Source: Haliotis cracherodii (lineage: Eukaryota). From it: DNA of 64,000 bases. Below the pieces are notes generated by a model. It saw only the letters and a list, made by a program, of their open reading frames with translations, was not told the DNA's origin and did no database searches. The stretch lies in NCBI RefSeq assembly GCF_022045235.1, contig NW_027266280.1:2232001-2296000 (forward strand), written 5' to 3'. The position numbers and the translations under genes were made by a program. This document shows, one piece after another, positions 62,108 through 64,000 of this stretch (positions within the stretch are counted from its first letter, which is position 1; every line of letters begins with the position of its first letter).

Positions 62108-63573
62108 TACTGAATCAAATTAAAAACTTCACAATCCTAAAATTTTAACATTTTGGCCAGTTATCATTGTGGGTCCGTTTTTGTGCAGGTGAATCGATCA
62201 AAATCATGTGCACAGCACAGTAGTGGCAAAAGTGGTTTTTCACGTGCAACTGGTCACGTGGCCATAATACCGCACGTGTTTTCAGCCATACTTGTTAACA
62301 GTCATTTAAAAAAAAAGAAAATAACAAGAAAACAAAAGTCTTTACGGCCATTTGTCATGCCACGCCTTTTAAATGTTCAACGTGAACGTGCCATCGGCAT
62401 GTTGCAGACGGGAACGTCCGTAGCTGAAGTCGCAAGGACGATGGGTTGTAGTCGACGGACTGTTTATGATTTACAGACGCCTTCTACAGCAAACGGGTAC
62501 CACCGCTGATCGCCCTCGGGCAGTTCGACAACGTGTGACGTCACATGCAGAGGATCGTCAGATTGTCTAACGACACCTCCGTAACCGATTTTTGACGGCT
62601 ACATCAACCAGAAATGAACTGTTTAGGGGTAGACTGAGCGCGCAAACCGTCTGAAAACTGCTCACCTTCAAGCACGACGGCCATACTGCGGGCCGATTCT
62701 GACTCAATTACACAGATGTCAACGTCAATTGTGTGCACAGCGACACTTACGATGGACTCAGAGGACTTGGAATCAAGTCGTCTTCAGTGATGAATCCCGA
62801 TTTAATCTTCGATTTGCTGATGGTAGGGCGAGGGTGTGGAGGCGCCGTCATGAACGTTACGCCCAGTACAGGAAGTTGACAGATTTCGAGGCGGAAGTGT
62901 CATGGTGTGGGGTGCTTTCTGTGGCAATGCACGTTTCAGGCTTCTTGTCATCCGTGGCAACCTCAACGCTGCTGCTTACCGCGAACAGGTACTGGCACCA
63001 GAACTTCTGCCTTTTATGGCAGCACATGGACCCGGTTTGATCTTCCAACACGACAATGCCAGACCCCACACAGCAATTTTGACAAGGAATTTCCTTCAGA
63101 ATGCGGGAGTCAACGTCATGGACTGGCCGTCAAGGTCTCCCGACCTCAATCCCATAGAACACGTCTGAGATGCTCTTGGCAGAAGTCTGCGAACTCTCCA
63201 GAACCAACCACAAAATTTGCAAGATCTTGGCACCTTTTTGCAGCAACAATGGCGTCGTCTTCCCAATCATGTGTACACAAGCATCACAAGGTCCATGCGG
63301 AGGCGTTGTGTGGCAGTTGTCAACGCACATGGTGGCCATACATGCTTCCGAACTTGTGTGCCATCAGATTCTCGTGCTTGGGACTTATGATTTAAACTGT
63401 TGATGTTATTACCGAATACCGTAGGTGCTTGGAACAAATTATGGTTACCACCGTTAATAAAAATCCTTCTTTGGACATTAATGATTACAAATTACCTTCT
63501 CTGATGCATTTCTCCGTTGTATATCATATATGGATTACTTTTAAAAATGTGAAGTTTTTAATTTGACTCAGTA
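62108..63573 (+). mobile_element. Full-length but inactivated Tc1-family (DD34E) transposon
   Basis: TIRs TACTGA[A/G]TCAAATTAAAAACTTCACA and TA TSD. Transposase from ATG 62357 with FSDESRF and FQHDNARPH...SPDLNPIE (34 residues between D and E); frameshifts and a TGA after IEHV. Confidence 0.95.
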
Positions 63574-64000
63574 TACATACATGTGGGACAATGAGCTTGC
63601 CACACGTAACGTAATACCTCGCTCTACAAAACCCGACTGACATGGTTAGTCAGGGAGACAGCCAGAAGGTAAGTGACAGAGCGAGTCTCCACCCGGGAAG
63701 ATTGGCCACTCGTGCCCGGTGTGCGTTCTGTCACGTTCTTATCAACATGTACCCTTTCAACTTATTCCAAACCATCAACAATAAACATGGCTGCTGTCGT
63801 CTTAAACTTCACCCCTGAGTACCGTCATCACCCTGAGCTACCATCCGAAGGCCGAAACATACGCCTTTGGACATTATCAAAACATGTTGTCCCTATTTTA
63901 GACTTGCGTCCCACTGTTAGTCTATCCAGTTTCGCTAACGAAAAGGTGAGTGAGTGAGTGAGTATGGTTTTATGCCGTTTTCAGCAAAAGTCCAGCAATG

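Overview
Eukaryotic (metazoan) genomic DNA from a gapped draft assembly; the SINE, Tc1 and LINE content suggests a marine invertebrate, probably a mollusc (inference). The core is a tandem cluster of five same-strand UDP-glycosyltransferase (UGT, GT1) genes. Each has an intronless ~1.5-kb CDS preceded by a splice acceptor just upstream of the ATG. A divergent TMEM45/DUF716-like gene lies on the minus strand near the window start. Intergenic DNA holds at least four SINE families (some nested, with TSDs), three Tc1-type transposon copies (one full-length, DD34E), a Mutator-like element interrupted by an RNase H-bearing LINE, MITEs, LINE and Gypsy fragments, and several unrelated minisatellites. 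Most notable: (1) the first UGT's splice acceptor is the last unit of a ~41-copy 23-bp array in which each unit looks like a complete branch point plus 3' splice site; (2) the UGTs have variable N-terminal halves but a nearly identical ~290-bp 3' block; (3) a non-tRNA SINE has a 5' head that can fold as a pseudoknot; (4) the TMEM45-like protein lacks most family histidines. Coordinates and copy numbers were counted by eye.
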